Origin: Yuukianura sp. NJ FZ-2021
Lineage: Eukaryota
Length of the DNA: 64,000 bases
Assembly (NCBI GenBank): GCA_046563655.1
Contig: CM102284.1
Coordinates: 8,370,001 to 8,434,000, forward strand
Reading direction: 5' to 3'
The first letter of the stretch is position 1, and each line of letters opens with the position of its first letter. Under the pieces are notes generated by a model, which saw only the letters and a list, made by a program, of their open reading frames with translations, was not told the DNA's origin and searched no databases. A program made the translations under genes and the position numbers. Below, piece after piece: positions 1-11,100 of this stretch.

Positions 1-710
1 TCGAACTGTGAACTGACGAATGACAATTCTTGACCGTTGACATAAAGTTCGTCAGAGGCGAAGAATGGCTCTTTGTATAGACTGAGAGAGGAGGTGTCAA
101 GGTCACTGTTCCCCACATGACGCAGAGACCGAAATGGCGACTGCCAGTCAGCCATAATTCTGCGTTTTGCACATGTCCAGGCTGGAGTGGCTGGATGATA
201 CCCGTATGAGTGGATCGTCGTGTAGTTTTTACCCGTAAAAAATGCCCAGCTACAAAAATTCACAAATTTCACTCTTCAAATTTTCAATTTCACAAAAATA
301 AATTTCAAGGAATTAAAAAGTTTGTTGAGAACGATGCACGCCGTTGAGTAAAACATCACGGTTGTAAATTAGGAAAAGTCCATACTTTCTAGATTCCAAT
401 CATTCCAATATGACTCATTCGTAATTTTCAAAAAATGAACTGAGGTGTGTTAAAATGTTAAAATTTGAAGTTTAATTACAAATTGATTGATTATTGCTTA
501 CACGCCCATTTGGGAGCAGACAGATTGGAGTTTATTGTCCCTCACAATGTCAGAGAACAGTTCGAGGTCAGGCACGTTCTTAGTGTAATTTTCACTTGCA
601 TCAGTCACTGAATACAACGAAAACTGCTGAACTCGTCTACTGTGTCCAATAAAAATTAAAGCTGAAAAAACGAAACTAAAAACTAAAATTTTATAAAAGT
701 TCCGCTCCAT
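1..710 (-). CDS. Secreted beta/gamma-crystallin-like protein, 5' part (runs off the window start); exons 710-502 and 249-<1
   Basis: ATG at 710, then a hydrophobic signal-like stretch (MERNFYKILVFSFVFSALIFIGHS). A GTAAG..TAG intron (501-250) joins in frame to give LQSVCSQMGVWAFFTGKNY...SPFRSLRHVG...SLSLYKEPFFASDELYV, open to position 1. The S-x5-G-x-W-x2-F, 'SLR' and 'LY-x3-F' motifs resemble Greek-key crystallin repeats. Family call is from motif recall. Confidence 0.65.
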
Positions 711-1799
711 GTTGATCTTGAACTTGAAAACACAACGAAACAATGTAAAGTTTAATTTTTGACTTTGAATTTGCCAATTCGCACGGACACGCTTCACTCC
801 ACTTCTGGTTTCACACGCCTTCAGTCAAAATCTGATTCTTTTCAATTTCAAAAAAGTAACAAACCGCAGAAACAATGCAATCAAGCATGTAAATTTTCCA
901 ATTCCTAACCTTGCCTTTTCAACTAAAGTCAAATATTTACACTTCCCGTGTTGTAATTGTTCAGTTCTCAAGAATTGGTTTGATGAGATCAGCTTTTCAC
1001 ACGTTGTCCACTTAGAGTTGCTAATTTTATTCGCAGAGACAAACAGGAATGTTAAAATTTCGAACAATAGGAACCACACCTCTCTTCCACTTGGACACTC
1101 GAAGATCACTTTAAGATCACTTACAAGATTCCTACAGTCATCTCACCTTTGCCTTCCACCTATCCATGCTTCAGAGGAAACAATGACTAACGCAATCAGA
1201 ATCACTAACACAATTCCAAGTTTTTGCAGTTCTTTTTGCACTTTGTGCAAATAATGGATTCCAGTTAGTCCAGTTTCTCTCTTCATTCACACGAACAACA
1301 CTTTAAGAAGAACCGCCGCTTTTTAGTAGTCATTTCGAATGATGCTCAGGTCTTCAACTTCTGAATTGAAACAAAGCAAATAAACACCAAGGTCAGCTTT
1401 AATTATGAGAAAAAGTGTGGAAGTTTTTGAGTCAAAGGCTTCAAGACTTTGTGAACTTGAAATGAAACTGAAACAAAAAGTCAAGGCGGTTTTGGAAAAT
1501 TTTCGCTTTTTTGTTCAACATTTTTTGAAAGGTCAGCATTTAGGAGGAACTCCGATGTTTTTTGAAGAATATGTCATGTTGATTTGTTAAGAAACTTGTG
1601 CAAAATGAGATGGACATGCGAGATAAAGGTTTATTTGCAAAACGAAGATGAAATGTAAAGATAATTTTGAATGCTCAAACGAAACAATGGGATGGAAATA
1701 AAGTTAATTGATTAATAATTATTCACTCACCTTAATTCCAATGTACAACTCAATTATTGAGCTGTACGTTGCAATTAATGTGAGTGTGACAGTTTTTTT

Positions 1800-2177
1800 T
1801 ATTACAACGCCATGCGAAAAATAATTTAGCGGAGCATAGGTAAACAGTGTGCAACGCTTGCAAAACAGCACAGTGCGATTAGCGTGTATTTTTGCGTCGT
1901 GCAGACTGCTATCCTAAAAGTGGACCCTCGATTTTGGCCGGATCTTATGCGGAGATTATGCGAATCAAAAAGGCTCCCCTATTTCCCTCCTCACCCCTTT
2001 TTCTCTGGGTGGGGAGGCAGTGGCGCGAAAAATTTCAAATTTCTCAATTCAAATTTAAATTTAAATTTTATTTCGAACCAACAACCAAGAATCAATTCAC
2101 TTTTTCCTTCACCTCATCAGTTACTTTGTTTACAGTTACACTTTTTAATTAATCGATTCATCCAGTATTGTAAAGGA
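1800..2177 (+). repeat. Shared upstream module, copy 1 (inverted relative to 6071-6395); contains E2F-like TGGCGCGAAAA and DRE-like AATCGATT
   Basis: 1911-2063 aligns by eye at about 80% identity to the reverse complement of 6181-6331 (CCTAAAAGTGGA..CGATTTTGGCCGGAT..TATGCGGAGATTATGCGAA..CTCTGGGTGGGGAG..AGTGGCGsGAAAA..TTTCTCAATTCAAATTT). Weaker similarity extends to about 1800 and 2177. Confidence 0.85.
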
Positions 2178-2461
2178 AAACTAAAATGCAGTGAATTTGG
2201 AAGCTGTAGAGAGGATAGACGCTGAAGGGAGGCGGAGGGAGAGAAAGCGTGGAGAATTCAGAATTCCCAATAACACGTCTCTTGCTTTTACCCGGTTTCA
2301 TTTTTGCAAATCCAAACTTTGACATTTGGAATTCAATTGATTCATTTAACTAACCAATTTGGTTACGTTGGTAAGTACTGCACAACTAACTATCAATTAT
2401 TTACTGTTGGTAAAGGAATTATACTGCAGTAACTCCTGGAACTTTGATAGAGTCATCAAAG

Positions 2462-3355
2462 ATGGAACAGCAGGGTATCGTTTTGGCATTAACATTAGTA
2501 CTGGGACTACTTGCGACTACTGGTGACTGTGCGAAGACTGTAAGTTACGTAACATGTGGAAGTGCATTCAAACTACTCAACAATGCCTTCAAAGTTAGAC
2601 TTCATTCTCACGATATCAAGGTAAAACTTAATTAACCAAGCATTCCTCACTTAAGTCTGGACGGAGTAACATAACTAATGCACAGTTGTTTTTGTTTCTA
2701 TAGTATGGATCTGGATCGGGTCAACAGTCGGTGACAGGAAGTGATCTCAAGGAAGATGTCAATTCTCTATGGCTAATCAAAGGTGTTGGCAAGAATCTTT
2801 GTAAAAGAGGGTAACTTAGCTCCTTTTTTTCAGTGTTTGTTGATTTTTAAGAATAATAGTGGAAAGGAAGTTAATGATTGTCTGTCTTTACAGTGATCCT
2901 GTCAAATGCGGAGCAACTGTTCAGTTCCAGCATTTACAAACAAGTCGTAACCTTCACTCCCACCTATTTTCGTCGCCATTGAGTGGACATCAAGAGATTA
3001 GTGCATTCGGGGAGGATGGTAACTTAGAATGTCAAGTTAGACGATAGAATACTTTGAAAGGAGTTTTTGATTTTGTTCTTGATGTTTAGGAATGGGTGAC
3101 ACTGGAGACAATTGGCAAGTGATTTGCCGAGGGGATACTTGGCATCGAGACGAGCAAGTACAATTCCGTCACGTTGACACAGACGTATTCCTCAGTGCAT
3201 CTGGAAACACTTTCGGAAGGCCAATTCATGGTCAAATGGAAATTGTTGGAATGTCCAGTTCAGATTCAGCAAGTTATTGGCAAACAGTGGAAGGGATCTT
3301 CATTCACCCCTCGGAAATCACCGGCACTACACACCATGAACACAACGAACTCTGA
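2462..3355 (+). CDS. SDF2: Stromal cell-derived factor 2 (SDF2/SDF2L1 family, MIR domains), 218 aa; exons 2462-2620, 2704-2810, 2894-3018, 3090-3355
   Basis: Signal peptide, then VTCGS..KL..RLHSHDIKYGSGSGQQSVTG, NLHSHLFSSPLSGHQEISAFGEDG.GDTGDNW and FGRPIHGQMEIVG. Ends in the ER-retention-type HNEL. All three introns are GT-AG and phase-consistent; AATAAA at about 3520. Confidence 0.97.
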
Positions 3356-3549
3356 GAATCCTACCACTGAAACAGCAGTGACACCAAGCAACTCAAAACT
3401 CAACCCATTATTTAATTGAACCAAAGACGCGTTTACCTTGACAAGAATTGGCGTCTGATGCACGAAACGTATGTTACACTATTTGCTAATCTAGAGTACT
3501 GTTATTGCAAACTTTTGGTAATAAAGATTAAGTTATGCCCATATCGTCT

Positions 3550-4050
3550 AATAACCGTGTGACAGGAGTGTTTCTATGGTTAATTCATCGTCTACGTCTT
3601 TCCTCAGTCGAAATTCGTTACGCACCCAGGATTCCAATTCGGATCGAAGTTCTTCTCCAGAGTTATCGCCAGTGTTCAGTTCTTCAATTAGTCGACCACT
3701 CGAATCCTACACAAGAAATCGATCAGTTTGGCAATCGAGACAAGAAACCAATCAGTTTGGCTGGCAGAGAATTAACAAAAACCTTACGACTGGTCATACT
3801 TCATGTAGTTTTTATAGAGTTTCAGCATTTCAGTACGCAGCATAAATCGTTTCAGAGAAAGGGCTTCCTGTAACATCAGAAGTACTGGTCAACAAAATAT
3901 AAAAAGAACGACAGAAGAATCTAGCAATGCTAAATTAAATCCTAAAATTTGCAAACTACTCTCTCATGTCTATCTCATTCTGAACTTTCGTTGCGTCCAC
4001 CGATTGCTTTGGAAAAAGTACTGTAAAAAGACACAAAAACGATAATCGAT
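3550..4050 (-). pseudogene. LYRM2: Intron-containing tandem duplicate of LYRM2, inactivated
   Basis: Highly similar to about 5390-5945, including introns. The middle exon is intact (EALSLKRFMLRTEMLKLYKNYMK). The last exon has a 5-nt insertion (GATT-CGAGT-GGTCGA) that frameshifts to an early TAA, and the original frame ends early at CAC GGT TAT TAG. The ATG-containing exon is not recognisable, and a ~29-bp duplication lies in the intron at about 3710-3760. Confidence 0.9.
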
Positions 4051-4170
4051 AACGTTAAAAAATGACTTCAGACAAAGCTTTCTCAAAAGCGCGGGAAAAT
4101 AGTCGAAATTAGCGTTTGAATAATTTATGTGGTTAGTGTAGCAGTTCCTTGCACAACCGTTGTCACCCTG

Positions 4171-4802
4171 TGAATTTGTGTGGTTGGAGTAGGAGTTACT
4201 GCACACCACCCATGTCACCCACTCTGATTTTGAACTGAAGTTTAACATTGGGGGATAGACAGAAGAGAGGAAAAGTTGAGAGGAGATTATGCGAAGCAGG
4301 AAGGCTACACTCCCTTCCCTATCCTTACCCTCTGAATTTGTGTGGTTGGAGTAGGAGTTACTGCACACCACCCTTGTCACCCACTCTGATTTTGAACTGA
4401 AGTTTAACATTGGGGGATAGGCAGAAGAGAGGAAAAGTTGAGAGGAGATTATGCGAAGCAGGAAGGCTACACTCCCTTCCCTATCCTTACCCTCTGAATT
4501 TGTGTGGTTGGAGTAGGAGTTACTGCACACCACCCTTGTCACCCACTCTGATTTTGAACTGAAGTTTAACATTGGGGGATAGGCAGAAGAGAGGAAAAGT
4601 TGAGAGGAGATTATGCGAAGCAGGAAGGCTACACTCCCTTCCCTATCCTTACCCTCTGAATTTGTGTGGTTGGAGTAGGAGTTACTGCACACCACCCTTG
4701 TCACCGGAACTGAAGTTTAACATCGGGGGATAGGCAGAAGAGAGGAAAAGTTGAGAGGAGATTATGCGAAGCAGGAAGGCTACACTCCCTTCCCTATCCT
4801 TT
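4171..4802. repeat. Tandem array (minisatellite), 162-bp unit, about 3.9 near-identical copies
   Basis: The unit start TGAATTTGTGTGGTTGGAGTAGG recurs at 4171, 4333, 4495 and 4657, exactly 162 bp apart. The fourth copy has a small internal deletion. A diverged partial unit precedes the array at about 4117-4170. Confidence 0.97.
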
Positions 4803-4940
4803 CCACGGCACTTCCCTTCCCATACAAAAAGCAAAGGAGAGAAATAGCCCTATGTCGCCTCTTCGCTTCGTATAATCTCCGATCTACTTTTCTGCTCTCT
4901 CGCCTATCTCCCCATGCAAAAGTACACTTCAAAACTTTAT
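4803..4940 (-). repeat. Diverged inverted copy of the array core and shared module
   Basis: The reverse complement reads TTTTGAAGTG..CATGGGGAGATAGGCGAGAGAGCAGAAAAGTAGATCGGAGATTATACGAAGC..CTATTTCTCTCCT..TGGGAAGGGAAGTGCCGTGGAAAA, matching both the array unit and 1950-2032. Confidence 0.75.
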
Positions 4941-5338
4941 AAATTCAGACACATGCTTTCCCATTTTAGAAAATTTTTAAAAAATTACATTTTGCAGTGA
5001 TTTATATCGGCGGAACGCCCCATTTCAGTTGCACAATCATAGTTTGTACAACTTTATAACAAACATAAACAACCAATTAACCGTGTCAATTAATGGCTTT
5101 GGCGGATCTGGCAGTATCGCATACGAACGCGTGCAATTTTTTTAGCATGATGTATTTGTAAAAAAAAAAAACTATTGTAATTTATTCATAACTACACCTT
5201 TCATTAATTACATTTCTCAAAGTATTTGTCTAATTAACTAATTTACAAAATAGAAGCTGAAGTTGATTCAATAGTTTTTAGAATTTGTTAAATAAATGAG
5301 TTTAAGTTAAATACAAATACGACTATCTCGAATCGTCA

Positions 5339-5754
5339 TTAGCTGTTTGCTATTCGTACAGATCTTTCCAGTTCGCTTAGTTGTCTTGTACCGTGTGCCA
5401 GGAGTGTTTGGATGGTTAATTCATCGTCTACGTCCTTCCTCAGCCGAAATTCGGTACGCACCCAGGATTCCCATTCGGATCGAAGTTCTTTCCCAGAGTT
5501 AGCGCTAGTGTTCAGTTCTTCAATTAGTCGACCAATCCTACACAAGAAATCGATCAGTTTGGCAGGGAATCAACAAAAACCTTAGAATTGGTCTTACTTC
5601 ATGTAGTTTTTATAGAGTTTCAGCGTTTCAGTCCGCAGCATAAATCGTTTCAGAGAAAGGGCTTCCTGTAGATTCAAAAGTACAGGTCAACAGGAGACAA
5701 GCATCCACTTTGTTTGTAAAAGAAGATCGTTGGTCTTACCTTGACACTCCTCAT
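5339..5754 (-). CDS. LYRM2: LYR motif-containing protein 2 (mitochondrial LYR family), 93 aa; exons 5754-5740, 5665-5598, 5537-5339
   Basis: Spliced product MRSVKEALSLKRFMLRTETLKLYKNYMKIGRLIEEL...ESWVRTEFRLRKDVDDELTIQTLLAHGTRQLSELERSVRIANS fits the LYRM2 pattern (LsLK.F..R...L.LYr...W.R.EFR..K...De.TI...G..QL.ELE). Introns are canonical and in phase. Confidence 0.93.
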
Positions 5755-6070
5755 GTTGTGCTAAATCCTAAAATTAGTAAACAAACAGTGAATGCAATTT
5801 GCAAAAACCAGTAAAGACAAATTTGCAAGGATTCTCTTACCGCTAACTTCTGTTTCATGCCTTTCACCTTCTCAAGCTTCAGCTCGTCCAGGGATTGCCA
5901 TAACATTAGGAAAAGGCACTGCAAAAAGTCACAAGAACGATAACTTCCAAAATTAAGCAGTTACTTATGTACGTAAATAAAGAGATTAGTTAAATCGTTT
6001 GTTATTCGTACCTCATATTCTCTTTTCGAAGTTCTTGAAGCTTAATTGTTGAAGATGATTGATTAATCGC

Positions 6071-6395
6071 ACCTTTACATTATCGGATTAATCGATTAAC
6101 TGAAAAGTGCACACTGTAAACAGAAAACTGATACTGAAGATGAGTTGAAGTGAATTGTTTCTTTGAAATTAAACTAAAATTAAATTAAAATTTGAATTGA
6201 GAAATCTAAACCTTTTCCCGCCACTTGCTCCCCACCCAGAGAGTTAACGGGGAGGGAAAAAGAGTGGAGGCTTTTTGTTTCGCATAATCTCCGCATAGAA
6301 TCCGGCCAAAATCGGGTTTCCACTTTTAGGACTTTAAAAAAAAATACAACGTCCTACGCTGAATTGTATTGTTATTCACATGGCGTTGCAGTAAT
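6071..6395 (-). repeat. Shared upstream module, copy 2, upstream of LYRM2; contains E2F-like TTTTCCCGCCA and DRE-like AATCGATT
   Basis: Reverse-complement match to 1800-2177 (see copy 1). Confidence 0.85.
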
Positions 6396-8151
6396 GCAAA
6401 TTTTGAAAAAAATTTTAACGTGTTAGTTACTTTATTTAAATAACTTTAATTAATTAGGAGACTAAATCTTCCCGTCATTTCTGCAACTCAATTCATCAAC
6501 TCACTCTCTTCCATCTCATCTCTTGTGAATGCACTAGTGATAGTATTAAATTAAATCAAAACATATCAGATCAAGAATAGTTTTTATTTATTCATTTATA
6601 ATTAATTCCAATTGTAACAACAAGTAATTGTGGAGGATTTATGTTTTACAAGGGTCACTTTTCCCTCTTTTCATTTAGTTTTACTTTTGGATTTGATTAC
6701 AATTTGTCCCTACAATTACTTAATAGCACTTGAGTGAAAGTTGGTTGATTACATTTGGTTCTTTTACTCACACGAGTTTAGTTTTACTTTAAATAAATAT
6801 GTTTAAGTTAAATACAAATTACAACTATTTCAATCTCAAAAACTGAGCTAACTTTTGATCAATGTCTTTCACAAAGGAATTAGAAATTACTGTCTTTTTG
6901 GTAAAGAATGATCTTCGCATTCATTCAATACACAAGGAATGCAAAAGCAACTGTCACTTTCAACTCTGCCACGCCTACAACTAATTAAAATTAATACTAA
7001 AAGTTTTAATTAACAATAATACTTAATTCACAATTCCTAAAAAAAACAGTGTTCGTTGGTTTGTAAAACTGATGCGAATTCTGTCAAGTCTTTGGTCCTT
7101 TTACAACACAAGTTCCCTTTTAAATGTTCATTTAAAGCTTATTTTCACTTTTAACTTACATTCTCTCAAAACCCAAACTTTAAAAAATAAACAATTATTT
7201 ACAAATTCAAGAAGAAAGTATCAGAATTCGCAACTTTTCAACAAATCTCCTTAAAATTTGAAAGTATACAACTGTAAATAAATTAGAATCGTATTTTAAA
7301 AACCTACAACGTTAGTATAATTTTAAAACACCCTGCAAGGATTCGGTAACTTATACGTGACTTTGGGAAAGTTCAGAACGGGTTTTCGTCTAATAAATTA
7401 ATTACTTTAGCTTAAACTAATTGAAATTTACAATTTACATAAGTTATTATAAGTTCTGTGCAAGGTGCTACATGGCAAAGAACATAGTCTGTGCATTTAC
7501 AGTCAGAACAAGTCGTGGTTTATGGCACAAAAGAAATTCAAAGCTTCAAAACTTTTCAACTTTCAATGCAATTAAAATTTTAAAATAATTTAAAATACTT
7601 TTTAAAAATTCTTATTAGTAAAACAGAAACCAAACTACTGGATACTTTACAAAATCGAAAAGAGGAACGTCGTAGTACAGTTTTTTTTGCCCTTCTAAAG
7701 TTCAATTTTGCAGTTGTAGAAAAATGGTGTGGATTGTTTTAAAGCCTGAAATTTTTTGAATTCGATCATTTTGACTAGCTAAAAACGGGTTTTGAAACTA
7801 AACATATACGTGGTTTTCCTTTTTCGATTTAAAAAAGCTGAATCCTTCACTACAATAGAAGGAATTCCTAGTATTAAAAATTTTACGTGGAATCAAGGGT
7901 CTTCAAAAAATTTACCATAATTCAAACTGGTCCTGCTACTCAATCACAAGTAATCTAACATTAACTTAATTAATTACATAATACTTTACACTTCATAAAA
8001 AAGTTAAGGGGAAAGGCCAAATTTCCAATTTGAACAAGGCACAGAGGACGCTTCCATTTTCTAAGTTTCTGTTTTTAAGGCAGCTCTTGTTTCATAAAAA
8101 TGGTTTTCAGAAAAAGTTGGCTTTATAAAAAACGTATTTTTGAGAAAGTGT

Positions 8152-11100
8152 TCAATCCGTATGACGATACTTGTGAGCAGACATTTGAGAGAGGCCGACT
8201 ACGGCATAACTGCACTTGAGACAGTGGTAGTGCGTTTGTTTCTGAGCATGAGCACAACCGTCAATCTAAAATCCAAATTAGATTTAATGAAATCCCATTT
8301 AACTTGTATTTAATTAAAGTTAAAATTAAGGAGTAACTTACATCACTTACATGACAGTTCTGGGAGGGCGTGAACTTCTCAAATCCAGCGGCATTAATTG
8401 AATCCAATTTTTGATGAGCACGACGATGAGCCACAACTTTGTTTGTGTCGGAACATACAAAATCGCATTTGCAACAGTGAAAGTGCGAAGCCTTGTTTTG
8501 TTGTCCTTGAGCTGATCCTAACATTATCAAAACATATATAAATAATATAAATATAATAAATTACTTTACTTAAAAATTAAAATTAATCACAATTAAGACA
8601 TACCTGGACTTGGCGTTGTGGTGGTCGTTGGAACGTAAGTGCAAGTTGGGCGACCACAGGCGACATTTGCTCTGTACTGCTTGAAGTCTCCACCCATCAG
8701 GGTCTGGAGAATACAAAAACAAATCATTTTATATAAAACTATAAAAATCTATAAAATTATATGTGAAAAATAAATTCTTACGTCAAGTCGCTCGTGTCTG
8801 GCGGTATGTTGGACGAATCTTGTCTTGTCACAGAAACTGTAGCCACAGTCTTCTCTAGTGCAGTGGAAATGTGTTTGATGTTCCCGGTATCCGCAGTGCA
8901 GAAAAGCACAGTCTTCGTTGAACCGAAACCGAACGTAGCCCTCCGGTACCGGTTCGTCTTTTAGAATTCGAAGTTGCGGACGAGATGATTTCTTGGTGTC
9001 GGGAGGGGACGAAGGCGACGAGTCTCCGCTCGGAGGTCGATTGCTGCTCGATGGCACTGAAGGTGACAGAGGACCAAGGGGTGACGGTGGAGTCAGAACT
9101 GCTGGTGGTGGGCCTGGAAATCCAGCCCCACCACTCCCACCAAACATCATTCCAGCGTAGATAGACGAAAGTGGATTCTGTTGGTAGAGGAGATAGGGAG
9201 AATGTGAGACTGGATAAGCCAGGAAGCTGGACAGAGACGTCGGAGGGTACGGCGACGGATTTGGCGACATTCGAGAAGAGTCAAGCATTGGTGACGACGA
9301 CGGATGGTTGATTGGTTCCTCTTTTTTGATTTTTGAAGTCACTTTTTCATCGTCATCGTTTCGAACTGAAGTTTCGGATTCGGCATCGTCAGATTCCGGA
9401 ATGGCTTTGTGCGGTGTCAATGTATTGTGTTTCAAAACATGTGGACGAAGTTTGACCAAATCCGAAAAAGCCTGAAAAAAAAATTCGTTTATGAAGTTTC
9501 CAAAAAAAACTTTTTTTGTAATTTTGAAATTCTTACTTGGTTGCACATGTGACAATGGTAGTGAGTTTTTCGTTTTAGTTTGCAAAATGGACGCCCGCAA
9601 GCGCTCTGTGGTCCGAACTGAGTTTCACTCGAATCCAACACAGGCAGTTGCAGTATTCGACTCAACGAGTGATCTGTCACATGCTTTGATTCTAAAATTA
9701 AGAAAAAATTAAAAATCAAAGTTACAAAACATGAAGATGTCAGTTTTTAGTCCTTTTGAAACAATTTTTTTTACCTCCTTCGCCGTTGGCACTTGAAAGA
9801 TCCATGGGATTGTGTTCTGCAACTTCGGATTTGGTCCGTTTCCTCGACGCTAAAACCAAAAATTCAAAATTTAAAAAATTTCAAAAAATGAAGCTCAGTT
9901 TCATTCGTGAAATCGTTTCTTACGGAGTCCACTCCAAGATTTGTCTTCGTCGTCACTGCTCATGCCATTGGTTGACTTGGACTCATGACATTCCGCCTCA
10001 TGAGTTGACATGTCCGAGTATCTCGAAAACGTAAATCCATCACGGACGCAGTGGAAGTGACTCATACTTTTCTTAAAGTCGCAGTTCGGTTGACGACAAT
10101 CTGCATGACTTTTGTCAAAATACTCAAATCCTTCTAGAATGTCCACGTTAGTATGGAAATCTCTCAGATGAAGTGACAACTTGTGAACGTCTGCAACTGA
10201 AAAGTGACATCTCGGGTGACCACAGTGGTAGTGTCCAGTAGTGTTGGACATGTTGAAGGCACAAGCAGAGTCGGAGCAACTGGATCCTTCTGGAAATGAC
10301 AGGAAACCAATGGGGTCCTTCATGTCAGAGTCTTCACCCATGTCATCAGGGTCGCCCAAAATTCTGGGTTTTGGTAACTTGAAACTCGTAAAAATCGCTT
10401 CGTTTCCACCCGATGCAACCTGCTTTAAGAAAGATTTGCAAAAATTTGAAATTTTGACATTTTAGTTTGAAAATTGTTAGTTTCTTGAAGAATAGTTACC
10501 TCAATGACTCTGTTCTTCGGAGGTCGACCGCGCTTGCGTCGAAAGAATCCGTCCATGCTGTCACTGTGCTTCTGCTCCATGGAGATTTGGGGTGCGATGA
10601 TTGGTGGACACACGACTTCCAATTTCTGCGTTCGTTCGTGCTCTCTGAAGTGACTGAGCCTTCTAAACGGTTCGTCAGTTTCTAAAATAACGGCGGAGCA
10701 ACCATCCTACAAATCAACAAAAAAAAAAAGATTGTTCACAGGTCATTTCATGTGGGTGGGTGGATGACCCCCCAAAAATGGGTATGTTTTTGATGACGTA
10801 ATACTATGAAATGTACCCATAGACAATGATGGTGTTTTCTTTGAAGTTCCGTTTCTTGGTAGATGCATTTGGAGGAAACGCACGGAATTGTTGAATCTTG
10901 AGCATCAAAATTTGCTGGGTCAACTGTAAAATAAGCCAGTGAGGAAATTCGATTCTCCAACTCGTGGCTTCGTGAGTGCTCAGACGCTGCTTCAGCACTT
11001 CTGCAACAGCAAGTAAATTTTATGACAAGTGGACGCCAGAGTTAACGACCGTATTCAAAATGTGAGTCAATTTCATTTTTTTCAAAGTTTGAATCGATTT

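Noticed and set aside
825-1590. Short ORFs between the crystallin-like gene and SDF2
   Set aside because: No recognisable motifs and no consistent spliced frame; more likely 5'UTR or intron of the minus-strand gene.
3535-3873. Plus-strand ORFs of 112 and 89 aa
   Set aside because: They are antisense shadows of the LYRM2 pseudogene.
3970-4704. 244-aa ORF with 54-aa repeats
   Set aside because: It is a by-product of the 162-bp (3n) tandem array. It starts at a non-ATG codon, the units are almost identical at the DNA level, and it resembles no protein I recognise.
4171-4802. CRISPR-like array
   Set aside because: The units are identical end to end with no unique spacers, there are no cas genes, and the context is eukaryotic.
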